Source: Humibacter sp. (GTDB lineage: Bacteria > Actinomycetota > Actinomycetes > Actinomycetales > Microbacteriaceae). From it: a stretch of DNA of 34,682 nt. Of this stretch, positions 10,613-19,571 are shown piece after piece. The notes under the pieces were generated by a model. The model saw only the letters and a program-made list of their open reading frames with translations. It ran no database searches and was not told the DNA's origin. The stretch is from the NCBI GenBank assembly GCA_035551735.1, contig DASZMW010000061.1, forward strand, positions 1-34,682, read 5' to 3'. Positions within the stretch are counted from its first letter, which is position 1. Each line of letters begins with the position of its first letter. Made by a program: the position numbers and the translations under genes.

Positions 10613-10899
10613 AGGGGTGCCTTTCGAGGCAGGATGCCGTCGCATGCGCGACGGAACAGTGGTGTCGGAACAATGGCGAAGGCCCCAGTGGGAGCATCCG
10701 TTCGCCGTGAGAAAGAATCGTGTGCGGCGGCCCTTGGCGGGCGGCGACGCGAGGTGATGCGCTCTGACGACGCAGGCGGATCCCGACGACGGGACCGCAA
10801 GATGATCAACGATAACAGGCCACCCTGAGTTCTTCGCTCAGGTGCGGTGCGGGGCGCGCCGACTAAACTCGTTTGTCCTGACTTCGAACGGGGGGCCGC

Positions 10900-13191
10900 G
10901 TGCACGATTCGGAACTCGACCGTGAGCGCAACGTCGTCGACGACCTCTACGCGTTGCTCGACGGTCTGCGCGAAGACACCGTGCAACGACTCGCCTCGGT
11001 GCGCAGACAGACCGCTGGTGGCACGCATCAGGCACGCAGCGAACGGGACGCTTACGCCCGTCTCTACGAAGACCGCATCCTGCAGCTGCGTGACGTCGAG
11101 CCCCGGCTCGTGTTCGGCAGGCTGCAGCTCGACGACGCGGAGGCTGCTGCCTCCGCCGACCCGCTGCGCGACCCGCGTCTGCGCTACGTGGGGCGTACCG
11201 GACTGCGCGACGAGGACGAGCACACCGTGCTGCTCGACTGGCGTGCGCCGCAGGCCAGCGCCTTCTACCAGGCGACGGCGGCGAATCCGCTCGGCGTCGC
11301 AGCCAGACGACGACTCACGATGCGAGACAGGGAGGTGTTGCGCGTCGACGACGAGGTGTTCGACGCAGGCTTGCTCGCCGAAGCGGGGAAGCGGCCGGAC
11401 GAGGTCTCGGGCGACGCGGCCCTGATGGCAGCGCTGGTGGCGCAGCGCACCGGGCGCATGAACGACATCGTCGCAACGATTCAGGCCGAGCAGGATGCCA
11501 TCATCCGCAGCGAACTCCGCGACGCCCTCGTCGTGCAGGGCGGCCCCGGCACGGGCAAGACCGCCGTCGCGCTGCACCGTGCCGCCTACCTGTTGTACGC
11601 GCACCGGCAGAAACTGCAGACCTCCGGCGTGCTCGTGGTCGGTCCCACCAGGGCCTTCCTCACGTACATCGAGGAGGTGCTGCCGTCACTCGGTGAGACC
11701 GGTGTGGTCATGCAGAGCCTGGGTGAGCTGTTCCCTGGGGCCTCCGCCGACTCAGACGATCCCCCCGCGACCGCACGGCTCAAGGGCTCCAAGCAGATGA
11801 CGGGGTTGCTGCGCGCCGCTGTCGATTCCCGTCAGAAGGTGCCGGCCGAGGCATCCGTCGTGCAGATCGACAACGAGCGACTGGTCGTCGAACCCTCTCT
11901 GGTCGCGGATGCCCTGCGCAGTGCCCAACGCACCGGCAAGCCCCACAACGCCGCGCGTATCACCTTCGTGAAGCACGCCCTCTCGGCGCTCACCGCACAG
12001 CTCGCCGACCAGCTGCGCTCCCGAGGCGGCACGCTCGACGACGAAGACCTCGCCGTGCTGCGCGAGGATGTGCGCACCAGCTACGACGTGCGCGTGCTTC
12101 TCAACACGGCCTGGCTGCCGCTCACCCCTGAGAAGCTCATCGCCGATCTGTACGCGCGACCTCAGTGGCTCGCCGAGCTCACGCCGCGCTGGAGCGAGGA
12201 GAAGCGCGAGCTGCTGCTGCGACCGCGCGATGCGGCGGTCACCATCAGCGACATCCCTCTGCTCGACGAGGCCGCCGAGCTCCTGGGGGAGCTGCCGGAG
12301 GCGCAGGATCAGGCATCCAAGCTGCATGCGAAGGAGCAGCGCAAGCGCGACCTGCGGATGGCTCGCTCGGCCATCGCCGACGCGGGCGCCGGGGCGTTCG
12401 TCACCGCTGCGCAGCTCGTCGACGAGTCGGTGTCACACGGCGACGGGCTGACGACGGCCGAGCGCGCGGCAGCCGACCGCACCTGGACCTACGGGCACGT
12501 CGTCGTCGACGAGGCGCAGGAACTCAGCCCGATGCAGTGGCGGCTGCTCGTGCGACGCTGCCCCATGAAGTCGTTCACGATCGTCGGCGACATCGCCCAG
12601 TCGTCGTCAGCAAGCTCGACCCTCGCGGGTGGCGGACGCAGCTGGGCGGATGCCATCGGCCCGCTCTTCAAGGATCACTGGCGCCTCGAGCAGCTCACCG
12701 TCAACTACCGGACGCCGGCGCAGATCGCGCGCGAGGCGGAGACGCTGGCGCGCGCGGCAGGCCTGCCGATCACGCCGGCGCGTGCCGTACGGGAGGGCGA
12801 GTGGCCAGTGCGCGAGGTGAGTGTCGCCTCGACCGAGCCGTCCGGGCAGGTCGAGACGAGCGACGCGCTCGTCGCTGCGAGCATCGACGCGATCGAGTTC
12901 GACCGCGCGATCGACGACACCGGAACGCTCGCGATCATCGTCCCTGTCGCCCTTGCCGATGACGTGACGGATGCCGTCACGCACCGCTTCGGCTCGCAGG
13001 CGGGTCGCGGGGCGCCGGGCCTCGTCAAGCCGATCGTGGTGCTCACCGCACAGGACGCGAAGGGGCTGGAGTTCGACGCGGTCGTCATCGTGCATCCCGA
13101 CGGGGTGGTCGCGGAATCGGAGCGCGGGGCATCCGCCCTCTACGTCGCGATGACGAGGCCGACGCAGCGCCTCACGATGGTGCGCCCGTAA
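10900..13191 (+). CDS. helD: HelD-family RNA polymerase-associated SF1 helicase-like ATPase
   Basis: LVFGRL, LLDWRAP, DIVATIQAEQDAIIR, QGGPGTGKTAVALHRAAYLLY, VVDEAQEL, VNYRTP, KGLEFD, LYVAMTRPT. Confidence 0.85.
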   Translation: MHDSELDRERNVVDDLYALLDGLREDTVQRLASVRRQTAGGTHQARSERDAYARLYEDRILQLRDVEPRLVFGRLQLDDAEAAASADPLRDPRLRYVGRTGLRDEDEHTVLLDWRAPQASAFYQATAANPLGVAARRRLTMRDREVLRVDDEVFDAGLLAEAGKRPDEVSGDAALMAALVAQRTGRMNDIVATIQAEQDAIIRSELRDALVVQGGPGTGKTAVALHRAAYLLYAHRQKLQTSGVLVVGPTRAFLTYIEEVLPSLGETGVVMQSLGELFPGASADSDDPPATARLKGSKQMTGLLRAAVDSRQKVPAEASVVQIDNERLVVEPSLVADALRSAQRTGKPHNAARITFVKHALSALTAQLADQLRSRGGTLDDEDLAVLREDVRTSYDVRVLLNTAWLPLTPEKLIADLYARPQWLAELTPRWSEEKRELLLRPRDAAVTISDIPLLDEAAELLGELPEAQDQASKLHAKEQRKRDLRMARSAIADAGAGAFVTAAQLVDESVSHGDGLTTAERAAADRTWTYGHVVVDEAQELSPMQWRLLVRRCPMKSFTIVGDIAQSSSASSTLAGGGRSWADAIGPLFKDHWRLEQLTVNYRTPAQIAREAETLARAAGLPITPARAVREGEWPVREVSVASTEPSGQVETSDALVAASIDAIEFDRAIDDTGTLAIIVPVALADDVTDAVTHRFGSQAGRGAPGLVKPIVVLTAQDAKGLEFDAVVIVHPDGVVAESERGASALYVAMTRPTQRLTMVRP

Positions 13192-13220
13192 CCTCACCGC
13201 GCCGCCGATACCATTGCCGG

Positions 13221-14012
13221 GTGAAGATGCCGCTGCACCCCGACGACCCGATTCAGCAGGACTACGAGGTGCGTTTCGACTGGGGTCGTGACGGCCTGCG
13301 CGGCATCGCTCCGACCGCGGGCGTGATCGTCGTGATCGATGCCATCTCGTTCACCACGACTGTCGAGATGGGCGTGGCGCTTGGCTTGGAGGTGCAGCCC
13401 TTCGCGGGCCTGCGAGCCGAGGCCGAGGCGCTGGATGCCGCTGGCAGCTTCGGCGACGCCCGCCTGGCAGGCAAGCGGGGTGCCCCGGGCGTCTCGCTGT
13501 CGCCCTCGAGCATGACCGAGCAGAACGTCGCCGAGTTCGGCTCCCGTCGCGCCGTCGTCCCCTCGTTGAACGGCTCGCGGTTGACCGCGCTCGCCGCTAC
13601 CTACGGCGTGCCCGTCATCGCTGCGAGCCTTCGCAACCGCACCGCCGTCGCGCGGTGGATTCTCGACTTTCAGACCCGCGTCGGCCACCGTGCGATGGTC
13701 GCCATCGTGGCAGCCGGCGAGGTGCGAACCGACGAGACCCTGCGTCTCGCAGTCGAGGACATGCTCACGGCCGGCGCCGTGATCGACGCCCTCGGCGCGG
13801 TCGGCGTCGACGCGTGCTCGCCCGAAGCGGCGGCGGCGTGCGCCGCCTACACGGGCTTGGCTCGGGGCATCCGTCACATGTTCACAGCGTCGGTGTCGGG
13901 CGGTGAACTCCTGAAGGACGATCAGCGCGAAGACATCGAGGTGGCGTTCCAGACGGATGTCTCCACCACCGTGCCCGTGCTCGTCGACGGCGTGTACGTC
14001 GACGCTCGCTGA
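13221..14012 (+). CDS. ComB-like 2-phosphosulfolactate phosphatase family protein
   Basis: VVIDAISFTT, SLSPSS, SLNGS, ASLRNRTAVA, AVEDMLTAGA, SVSGGEL; TACCAT 6 nt before GTG. Confidence 0.85.
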   Translation: MKMPLHPDDPIQQDYEVRFDWGRDGLRGIAPTAGVIVVIDAISFTTTVEMGVALGLEVQPFAGLRAEAEALDAAGSFGDARLAGKRGAPGVSLSPSSMTEQNVAEFGSRRAVVPSLNGSRLTALAATYGVPVIAASLRNRTAVARWILDFQTRVGHRAMVAIVAAGEVRTDETLRLAVEDMLTAGAVIDALGAVGVDACSPEAAAACAAYTGLARGIRHMFTASVSGGELLKDDQREDIEVAFQTDVSTTVPVLVDGVYVDAR

Positions 14013-14017
14013 CCGTT

Positions 14018-14040
14018 CGGTGCCGGCGCGCGAGGCACCG
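14018..14040. terminator. Hairpin between convergent genes
   Basis: CGGTGCC-N9-GGCACCG; no U-tract. Confidence 0.4.
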
Positions 14041-14052
14041 GCACCGTGACCA

Positions 14053-15225
14053 TCACGCTGTCGGGAGCGATGCCTTGCCCGACCAGTCGATCGACTCGAA
14101 GATGGCCTTGCCTGTGGCGTCGAAGCCGACGATCTCTCCCGTCACGGTGACGGCCACGGGTGCCTGGGAGAAGACGGTTCCGGTGTCACCGTTGGCGTCG
14201 GAGGCGTCCGCGAGGAACGTCGCCGCTCCCGTCGAGATGGTGTCGACGGCCCATCCGCTGCCGTCCCAATCCCCGACGGAGAAGTTGGGAGCTGTCACGA
14301 GCGTCCACTTCTGGTTCGAGAGCTGAAGGTCGGGGTAGTCGTCGATCAGCCCGAAGCTGCATCCGGCCGGTTGAAGGCTCGGCGTGCCGATGCACTCCGC
14401 CACCCACGCGTTCACGGCGTTGTCCGCGGCTTTCGCGCCGGCATCCGTGAGGCGGGCGGTCAGAGTGACGGCCTCGTTGCTGGCGGTGCCGGATGCCTTG
14501 ATGCTGGTGACGGTGGTGCCGGCGTCTTCAGCGGTGTAGTCGTCGCTGCTCGCCATCGTCGCGTTGTAGCGGCCGGGTAGCACATCCAACACGGCGCTGC
14601 CGTTGTCGTCGATCGAGATCTGAGTTCCGTTCACGGCTACTCCAGCCTTGCTCGGACCCGCCACCGTCAGCTTTACGGTCGGGAGTGTCACGGGCTCGAG
14701 CGTCCACTTGGTGAAGAAGAGCAGCTCTTTGCCGTTGTCCTTCAGCTGGAATGTCTCGGTGTGCCGATCGCCAGCAAGCTTGTAACCGACGACAACCGTC
14801 GCCGCTCCGGGCTCCGTGCTGGAGGGTTTGATGGAGTACCCGGTGATGCGGTCTTTGGTTGCCGAGTAGGCCTTTTGCGTGACGAGAGGACTGCTGGTGT
14901 CGATGTTGCCGGTTTTCACCGCCTTCGCGACATCCCCCTTGACGAGCGCGTCCATGAACGGCTTCACCGCGGCCTGCGGCGTATGGGCCTTGGTTTCGAT
15001 TGCGAACCAGACGCCCCCGGCGATGATCAGCGCGAGCAGAAGCGCCCCGCCGCTGATCAATGCCGCCGACAAGCCGATGCGTTTCTTCGGTGCGGGGCCG
15101 GATATCTGTGCGATGTCTGCAGCGGGCTGAACCGGAGCCGCATGCACCTGCGCCTGGAAAGGAGAAATCGGCTGGGGCGGCGTTGCGCCCGCCGCGGTGT
15201 TATCGGGCAGGCCCGGATCGGTCAT
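14053..15225 (-). CDS. Single-pass membrane protein with extracytoplasmic domain, function unknown
   Basis: Pro-rich N-terminus, KKR followed by a hydrophobic helix, Thr/Ala/Asp-rich beta-type domain with a Cys pair; GGAG SD before ATG 15225. Confidence 0.8.
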   Translation of the reverse strand: MTDPGLPDNTAAGATPPQPISPFQAQVHAAPVQPAADIAQISGPAPKKRIGLSAALISGGALLLALIIAGGVWFAIETKAHTPQAAVKPFMDALVKGDVAKAVKTGNIDTSSPLVTQKAYSATKDRITGYSIKPSSTEPGAATVVVGYKLAGDRHTETFQLKDNGKELLFFTKWTLEPVTLPTVKLTVAGPSKAGVAVNGTQISIDDNGSAVLDVLPGRYNATMASSDDYTAEDAGTTVTSIKASGTASNEAVTLTARLTDAGAKAADNAVNAWVAECIGTPSLQPAGCSFGLIDDYPDLQLSNQKWTLVTAPNFSVGDWDGSGWAVDTISTGAATFLADASDANGDTGTVFSQAPVAVTVTGEIVGFDATGKAIFESIDWSGKASLPTA

Positions 15226-15360
15226 CGATGACTCCGTGGGTGAAGGGACGGCGCGGATGCCCCGGGGCGCACCCGACCCGAAGCGAGCAAAGCCTAGCGG
15301 ACAGATCGGTCTGCAGCCGACCACGAATCGGGCGCCTCTGCGCTGGCTGTTTCGTGCGAA

Positions 15361-15386
15361 GGAATGGCATCCGCTCGCGTGGTGTT
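15361..15386 (+). promoter_or_regulatory. SigH/SigR-type ECF promoter candidate upstream of the DUF427 gene
   Basis: GGAAT (15361-15365)-N18-GTT (15384-15386). Confidence 0.45.
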
Positions 15387-15427
15387 TCGCACTGTGTTGC
15401 TGCATATGTCACGAAAGGATGCGCACC

Positions 15428-15730
15428 GTGAAGGCTGTTGTGAACGGAACCGTGCTCGCCGAGGCTCCGGTGGAAGACCTGATCAAGATCGAGGGCAACT
15501 GGTACTTCCCGCCGTCGAGCGTGAAGTCCGAGTTGCTCGAGAAGAGCCCCACTCCCTACACCTGCCCGTGGAAGGGCGAATGCCAGTACTTCACCGTCGA
15601 TGTCGACGGTCAGCGTCTGCAGGACAGGGCGTTCAGCTATCCGACCCCGTACCCGACGGCATTCGACCGCGTCGGCAAGGACTTCAGCAACTACGTTGCG
15701 TTCTGGAAAGAGGTCCAGATAGAGGACTGA
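15428..15730 (+). CDS. DUF427 domain protein
   Basis: IEGNWYFPPSSV, YTCPWKGECQYF, YVAFWK; SD GAAAGGA 8 nt before GTG. Confidence 0.9.
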   Translation: MKAVVNGTVLAEAPVEDLIKIEGNWYFPPSSVKSELLEKSPTPYTCPWKGECQYFTVDVDGQRLQDRAFSYPTPYPTAFDRVGKDFSNYVAFWKEVQIED

Positions 15731-15734
15731 CGGT

Positions 15735-16721
15735 TCAGCCGGGAACGACGACGGCACGCGTTCCCGACGCGGATGCCTCGGCCCAGGCCTCGTCGATCCG
15801 GCTGAGCGGGAAGGTGCTCACCGGCACCTGAACCATGCCGGCGGCGATGAGGTGGAGATAGGCCGGCAACTGCCGCATGATCTCAGCGATCGAGCCGCTT
15901 CCGGCTCCCGAGCCCGAGATGCGGATGCGAGCGCTCCGTAGCAGAGCGGCGGGCAAGGATGCCTCAGCTCCGGCCGCCTGCCCGATCTCGATGTAGCTCG
16001 TGTCGCCGTCGTCGTCGTCGAGTCCGCTGCGCGAGAGTGCGTCGAACGCGGCCTCGGCAGGTTCGCCCCAGACGAAGTCGAGGACAGTGCTCGGGTTGCC
16101 GGTGCGGAGCGCCGAACGCAGCGCCGCGGCATCCGTCTCGCGGTCTCCGGTGAAGGCGACGGTCTCTGCGCCGCGTTCGCCGGCCAGTCGAAGTCGCGCC
16201 GCATCTCGGCCCGTGCCGATCACCCGCGTCGCGCCGAGCGCGAGCGCATTCTGCACGGCGAGGATGCCAGCGGTCCCCGACGCCCCGAGCACGAGCACGG
16301 TGCCGAGGGCACCCGCCCCGCTCGCGCCGGCGAGTTCGGCCTTGCGGGCGACGAGGGGCATCCACGAGGAGAGCCCCGGGTTCATGCCGGCTGCCACCTG
16401 TACCGGGTCTGCGTCGGCAGGGAGCCCGAACCCCATCGCGCTCGGGACCGCGAGCCGCTCGGCGAGCGTTCCGTATGGCGGTTCGGGATAGCCGGTGTAG
16501 ACCAGGATCCCGTCGCTCGTGCGCGCGACGGCGTCGACGCCGGGAATCGAGGGGAACGCCCCGTGCGAGCCGTAGTGGGTGCCGGCCGCCATCGCGCGCA
16601 CGATCGGGTGGATGCCCGCAGCGACGAGCGAGACGAGCACGCGCCCGTCCTCGAGTTCGGGCTCTCTGAAGTCTGAGTAACGCGGGGCTGCCCCGGCCGA
16701 CTCGATGACTGCTGCCTTCAT
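15735..16721 (-). CDS. Zinc-binding alcohol dehydrogenase / quinone oxidoreductase family (MDR) protein
   Basis: MKAAVI, PSIPGVDAV, VLVLGASGTAG, LDFVWG, FPLSRIDEAW. Confidence 0.88.
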   Translation of the reverse strand: MKAAVIESAGAAPRYSDFREPELEDGRVLVSLVAAGIHPIVRAMAAGTHYGSHGAFPSIPGVDAVARTSDGILVYTGYPEPPYGTLAERLAVPSAMGFGLPADADPVQVAAGMNPGLSSWMPLVARKAELAGASGAGALGTVLVLGASGTAGILAVQNALALGATRVIGTGRDAARLRLAGERGAETVAFTGDRETDAAALRSALRTGNPSTVLDFVWGEPAEAAFDALSRSGLDDDDGDTSYIEIGQAAGAEASLPAALLRSARIRISGSGAGSGSIAEIMRQLPAYLHLIAAGMVQVPVSTFPLSRIDEAWAEASASGTRAVVVPG

Positions 16722-16728
16722 GACGCGC

Positions 16729-16778
16729 TCCTTAACGTTGTTAAGGACATTGTCTCCTTAACGCCGTTAAGCTGTCAA
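16729..16778 (-). promoter_or_regulatory. Oxidoreductase promoter with two TetR-type palindromic operators
   Basis: TCCTTAAC-GTT-GTTAAGGA (16729-16747) and CTTAAC-GCC-GTTAAG (16757-16771); minus-strand TTGACA-N18-GACAAT overlaps them. Confidence 0.8.
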
Positions 16779-16828
16779 GGGTGGGCCGCCGCTGGAGCAA
16801 GGAATGCGCGCACTACCCCGCGCCGAAC

Positions 16829-16889
16829 CGCAGCCAGTTTGAGCAATCGCAGCCACTTGTCCTGGCTGCGATTGCTCAGACTGGCTGCG
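16829..16889. repeat. Palindromic element family B, copy 2
   Basis: CGCAGCCAGTTTGAGCAATCGCAGCCA-CTTGTCC-TGGCTGCGATTGCTCAGACTGGCTGCG: 27-bp arms with one G:T pair. Confidence 0.9.
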
Positions 16890-16983
16890 AACGGAATGGG
16901 TGGGCGCGGAAGTTGGCGTGCGTGCAAGGCGGCCGCCCGCTGAGCGAGCGTGTACTGACCGACGATGTACGGAGAGGGCGACC

Positions 16984-17628
16984 ATGGCGAAGGGCCTCAC
17001 CAAGGCGGCGATCGTGAGCGAGGCGCTCGCCCTGCTCGATGAAGTGGGGATGGACGGCCTCACAGTGCGTGTGCTCGCTGCGCGCCTCGACGTGAAGGCC
17101 CCTGCGCTCTACTGGCACGTGCGCGACAAGGGCGAGTTGCTCGACGAGATGGCCACCGAGGTGTGGCGTGCGATCGGCGTTCAGCTCCTCGTGGGCGCCG
17201 AGGCGAGATCGTGGGACGCGGACCTGCGGCACTTCGCCGATGTGCTACGCGGCGCCCTTCTCGAGCACCGCGACGGTGCGAAGGTGTTCAGCGGAACCTA
17301 CATGACGGATGCCTCGGTGCTCGCCGCCCAAGAGGATGGCCTCGCCCGCTGGATCGCGCAGGGATTTCCACTCTCCGCCGTCGTGCGCGCGTTCACCCTG
17401 CTGAGCGGCTTCGTCGTCGGGTTCTGCATCGAGGAGCAGGCCGTTGCCCAAGCGGATGCTCGGCAGCAGTACGACCCGGAAGTCCGGGCCGAGCGCGTTG
17501 GCGCGGCTCATCCGCTGGTCGTTGAAGCCGGGGGGGAGATCTTCGGTGACCGCGACGAGCAGTTCACCTCGCTCGTCGACCTCGTGGTGGATGCCGTCGG
17601 GCGGCTTCGCGCCTCGGCCCGACGCTGA
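16984..17628 (+). CDS. TetR family regulator (TetR_C type)
   Basis: GMDGLTVRVLAARLDVKAPALYWHVRDKGELL HTH; FVVGFCIEEQ; SD GGAGAGG. Confidence 0.93.
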   Translation: MAKGLTKAAIVSEALALLDEVGMDGLTVRVLAARLDVKAPALYWHVRDKGELLDEMATEVWRAIGVQLLVGAEARSWDADLRHFADVLRGALLEHRDGAKVFSGTYMTDASVLAAQEDGLARWIAQGFPLSAVVRAFTLLSGFVVGFCIEEQAVAQADARQQYDPEVRAERVGAAHPLVVEAGGEIFGDRDEQFTSLVDLVVDAVGRLRASARR

Positions 17629-17679
17629 GCGCCGCCGACTGACGTTGAGCACTGCCGCCGGAGCGCGTGCGGCCGCCGG

Positions 17680-18345
17680 TTACGCCGTGCCGGCTGGCTC
17701 GCTCGCGGCCTGCCGTGCGCGGTGTGCACGGACCTTCGCCCGGTTGCCGCAGCGCTGCATCGAGCACCAGCGGCGGTTGCGGCTGCGCGAGACGTCCAGG
17801 TAGACGATCGAGCAGTCGTCGGCGCCGCACTCCCGGAGGCGGTCGCCGGCATCCGCCCCGAAGACCGCGACGGCGTCGCGCGCGATCACGCTGAGCGCCT
17901 GGGAGGCGCGGGCCCTGGTGCGCCCTGCTTGGCGGCTGCCGCCTGCCAACACAGGAGGCAGGTCGGGCGTCGACGCGTAGAGGTTCACGATGTCCACGTC
18001 GCGTGCGATGTACGGACGCCCACCCAGGGCCGCGTAGGCCAGGTTCGCGATCGCGCCGCGCAGGGTGAGGGCATCCCGCAGTTCGTGCTCGGCACAGGTG
18101 GAGTCGATGGTCGGGAAGCGCTCGTGCAGCCACGCTTCGAGGTCGGCGGGCGTCTTCAGCCGCTCACCGGCAGTGTCGGCCACCCTCTCGCCCTCCCCGG
18201 CGGACACCATCGCTCCTGTGTAGGCGAAGTCGAGGCTCAGGCATCCGGAGTCGAACCACCAGTGCTGGCCGTCGGCGGAGTCGAACCACTGCCCGGTGCC
18301 TCCCGGGAGGCGAGGTTCGCTTGCGGCTTCGTCGGTGGTCGGCAC
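17680..18345 (-). CDS. ABATE/CGNR zinc-finger protein
   Basis: SLDFAYT N-terminus; RLRECGADDC...DVSRSRNRRWCSMQRCGNRAKVRAHRAR. Confidence 0.92.
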   Translation of the reverse strand: MPTTDEAASEPRLPGGTGQWFDSADGQHWWFDSGCLSLDFAYTGAMVSAGEGERVADTAGERLKTPADLEAWLHERFPTIDSTCAEHELRDALTLRGAIANLAYAALGGRPYIARDVDIVNLYASTPDLPPVLAGGSRQAGRTRARASQALSVIARDAVAVFGADAGDRLRECGADDCSIVYLDVSRSRNRRWCSMQRCGNRAKVRAHRARQAASEPAGTA

Positions 18346-18380
18346 GGATCTCCTCCGAAGTGCGCTTGTTGCTGACTCGA

Positions 18381-18401
18381 GTAACCGTTATCTTCGGTTA
18401 C
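18381..18401. promoter_or_regulatory. Palindrome between divergent CGNR and VOC genes (candidate operator)
   Basis: GTAACCG-TTATCTT-CGGTTAC, perfect 7-bp arms. Confidence 0.6.
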
Positions 18402-18462
18402 GGTCGGCAGTCTATCGATCAGCCGACCCCGTCGATGCCGCTGCGGCAGGAGGGCATGGCTC

Positions 18463-18879
18463 ATGCGACTTCAGATCACGTTCGATGCGGCCGATCCTCA
18501 CGCGTTGGCGGAGTTCTGGGCGGAGGCTCTCGGCTACGATGTCGAAGACAACTCAGCGTTCGTCGACAGTCTCGTCGCAGAAGGCAGGATGCCCGCGAGC
18601 GACAGGATCATTCGCAACGGTCGATCCGAGTTCGCGGATGTCGCCGCCGTCGATGATCCGCACGGCGAGGAACCTCGGATGTTCTTCCAGAAGGTTCCGG
18701 AGCCGAAGACGGCGAAGAACCGCATGCACATCGACATCCGTGTGCCCGACGACCGGAAGCCCGCCGAGGTTCATCGCCTCGAGAGTCTCGGAGGGACGCA
18801 GCTCTGGGTGACGGATGACCGGGGTCCGATCACGTATACGATGCGGGATCCCGAGGGCAACGAGTTCTGCCTGCATTGA
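18463..18879 (+). CDS. VOC / glyoxalase-like protein
   Basis: QITFDAADPHALAEFWAEALGY, FQKVPEPKTAKNRMHIDI, MRDPEGNEFC; SD AGGAGG. Confidence 0.92.
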   Translation: MRLQITFDAADPHALAEFWAEALGYDVEDNSAFVDSLVAEGRMPASDRIIRNGRSEFADVAAVDDPHGEEPRMFFQKVPEPKTAKNRMHIDIRVPDDRKPAEVHRLESLGGTQLWVTDDRGPITYTMRDPEGNEFCLH

Positions 18880-18882
18880 CGT

Positions 18883-18922
18883 CGAACCGAACCGAACGGA
18901 ACGGAATCGAACCGAGCCGGAC
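18883..18922. repeat. Degenerate pentanucleotide tandem repeat (CGAAC)x8
   Basis: cgaac cgaac cgaac ggaac ggaat cgaac cgagc cggac between convergent genes. Confidence 0.75.
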
Positions 18923-18936
18923 CAGGCCGGACGCGA

Positions 18937-19401
18937 TCACGTGCCGGTGGCGATCCTCCTCTCCCAGTCGATGAGGTGCTCCCGCGAGAATCGCCGCGAG
19001 CATTTCGCGCACGACATCTGCCTGGTCGGCCGACGGTACCTGTAGTGGAGATGGCCGCGAGGGCAGCGCCCCACCCAGGGCGCGAGGTCTTCGGCGACGG
19101 GCTTGTCGAGCGTGCGATCGCCGACATAACCGAGCTCACGGGCGACCGCGCGCCACTTCGGACCGTGGCCGGCAGTCGGGCCGGCGAGCGCGTGGGCCAC
19201 TTCGTGCAGTAGCACCTGATGGATCTCGTCGTCGTCGAACCGTGCTGTGAGGTGCCGCGAGACGGTGATGCGCTTCGTGGAGTGATTGCACTGGCCACCA
19301 CGCGTCTTGGCGTTGTCGAAGCCGAAGGTCCAGACATCCGGGTCAAGGTGCATCGCGATGAGAGCCTCTGCCCATCTGCGAACGCGTACCAACTCAGCCA
19401 C
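18937..19401 (-). CDS. SprT-like zinc metalloprotease domain protein
   Basis: LLHEVAHAL, GHGPKW, C-terminal CPRGH...CAKC; TAGATT 6 nt before GTG. Confidence 0.9.
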   Translation of the reverse strand: MAELVRVRRWAEALIAMHLDPDVWTFGFDNAKTRGGQCNHSTKRITVSRHLTARFDDDEIHQVLLHEVAHALAGPTAGHGPKWRAVARELGYVGDRTLDKPVAEDLAPWVGRCPRGHLHYRYRRPTRQMSCAKCSRRFSREHLIDWERRIATGT

Positions 19402-19571
19402 CCTTCGAATCTAACGATCGCACCCGACGCTCGAGGTGACGCGCCGCCGTTGGTGCACAACCCGCCGTGACGCCAGCTGTGGAGGGAGGGGCAGTCTGCC
19501 GGGACCGACCGCGAGGCGGCGGGATAGTGCCTCCCTTACGTATCCGGCCGACACACGGGCACAATAAAGGG

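Noticed and set aside
10650-13191. helR with a rifamycin-associated element (RAE)
   Set aside because: I see no RAE-like GGCCTTGC-GCAAGGCC inverted repeat upstream, so it is called a generic HelD-family protein.
14053-15225. Horizontally acquired island
   Set aside because: GC looks only slightly lower, can be explained by Lys/Thr/Asn-rich composition, and no mobility genes or att sites flank it.
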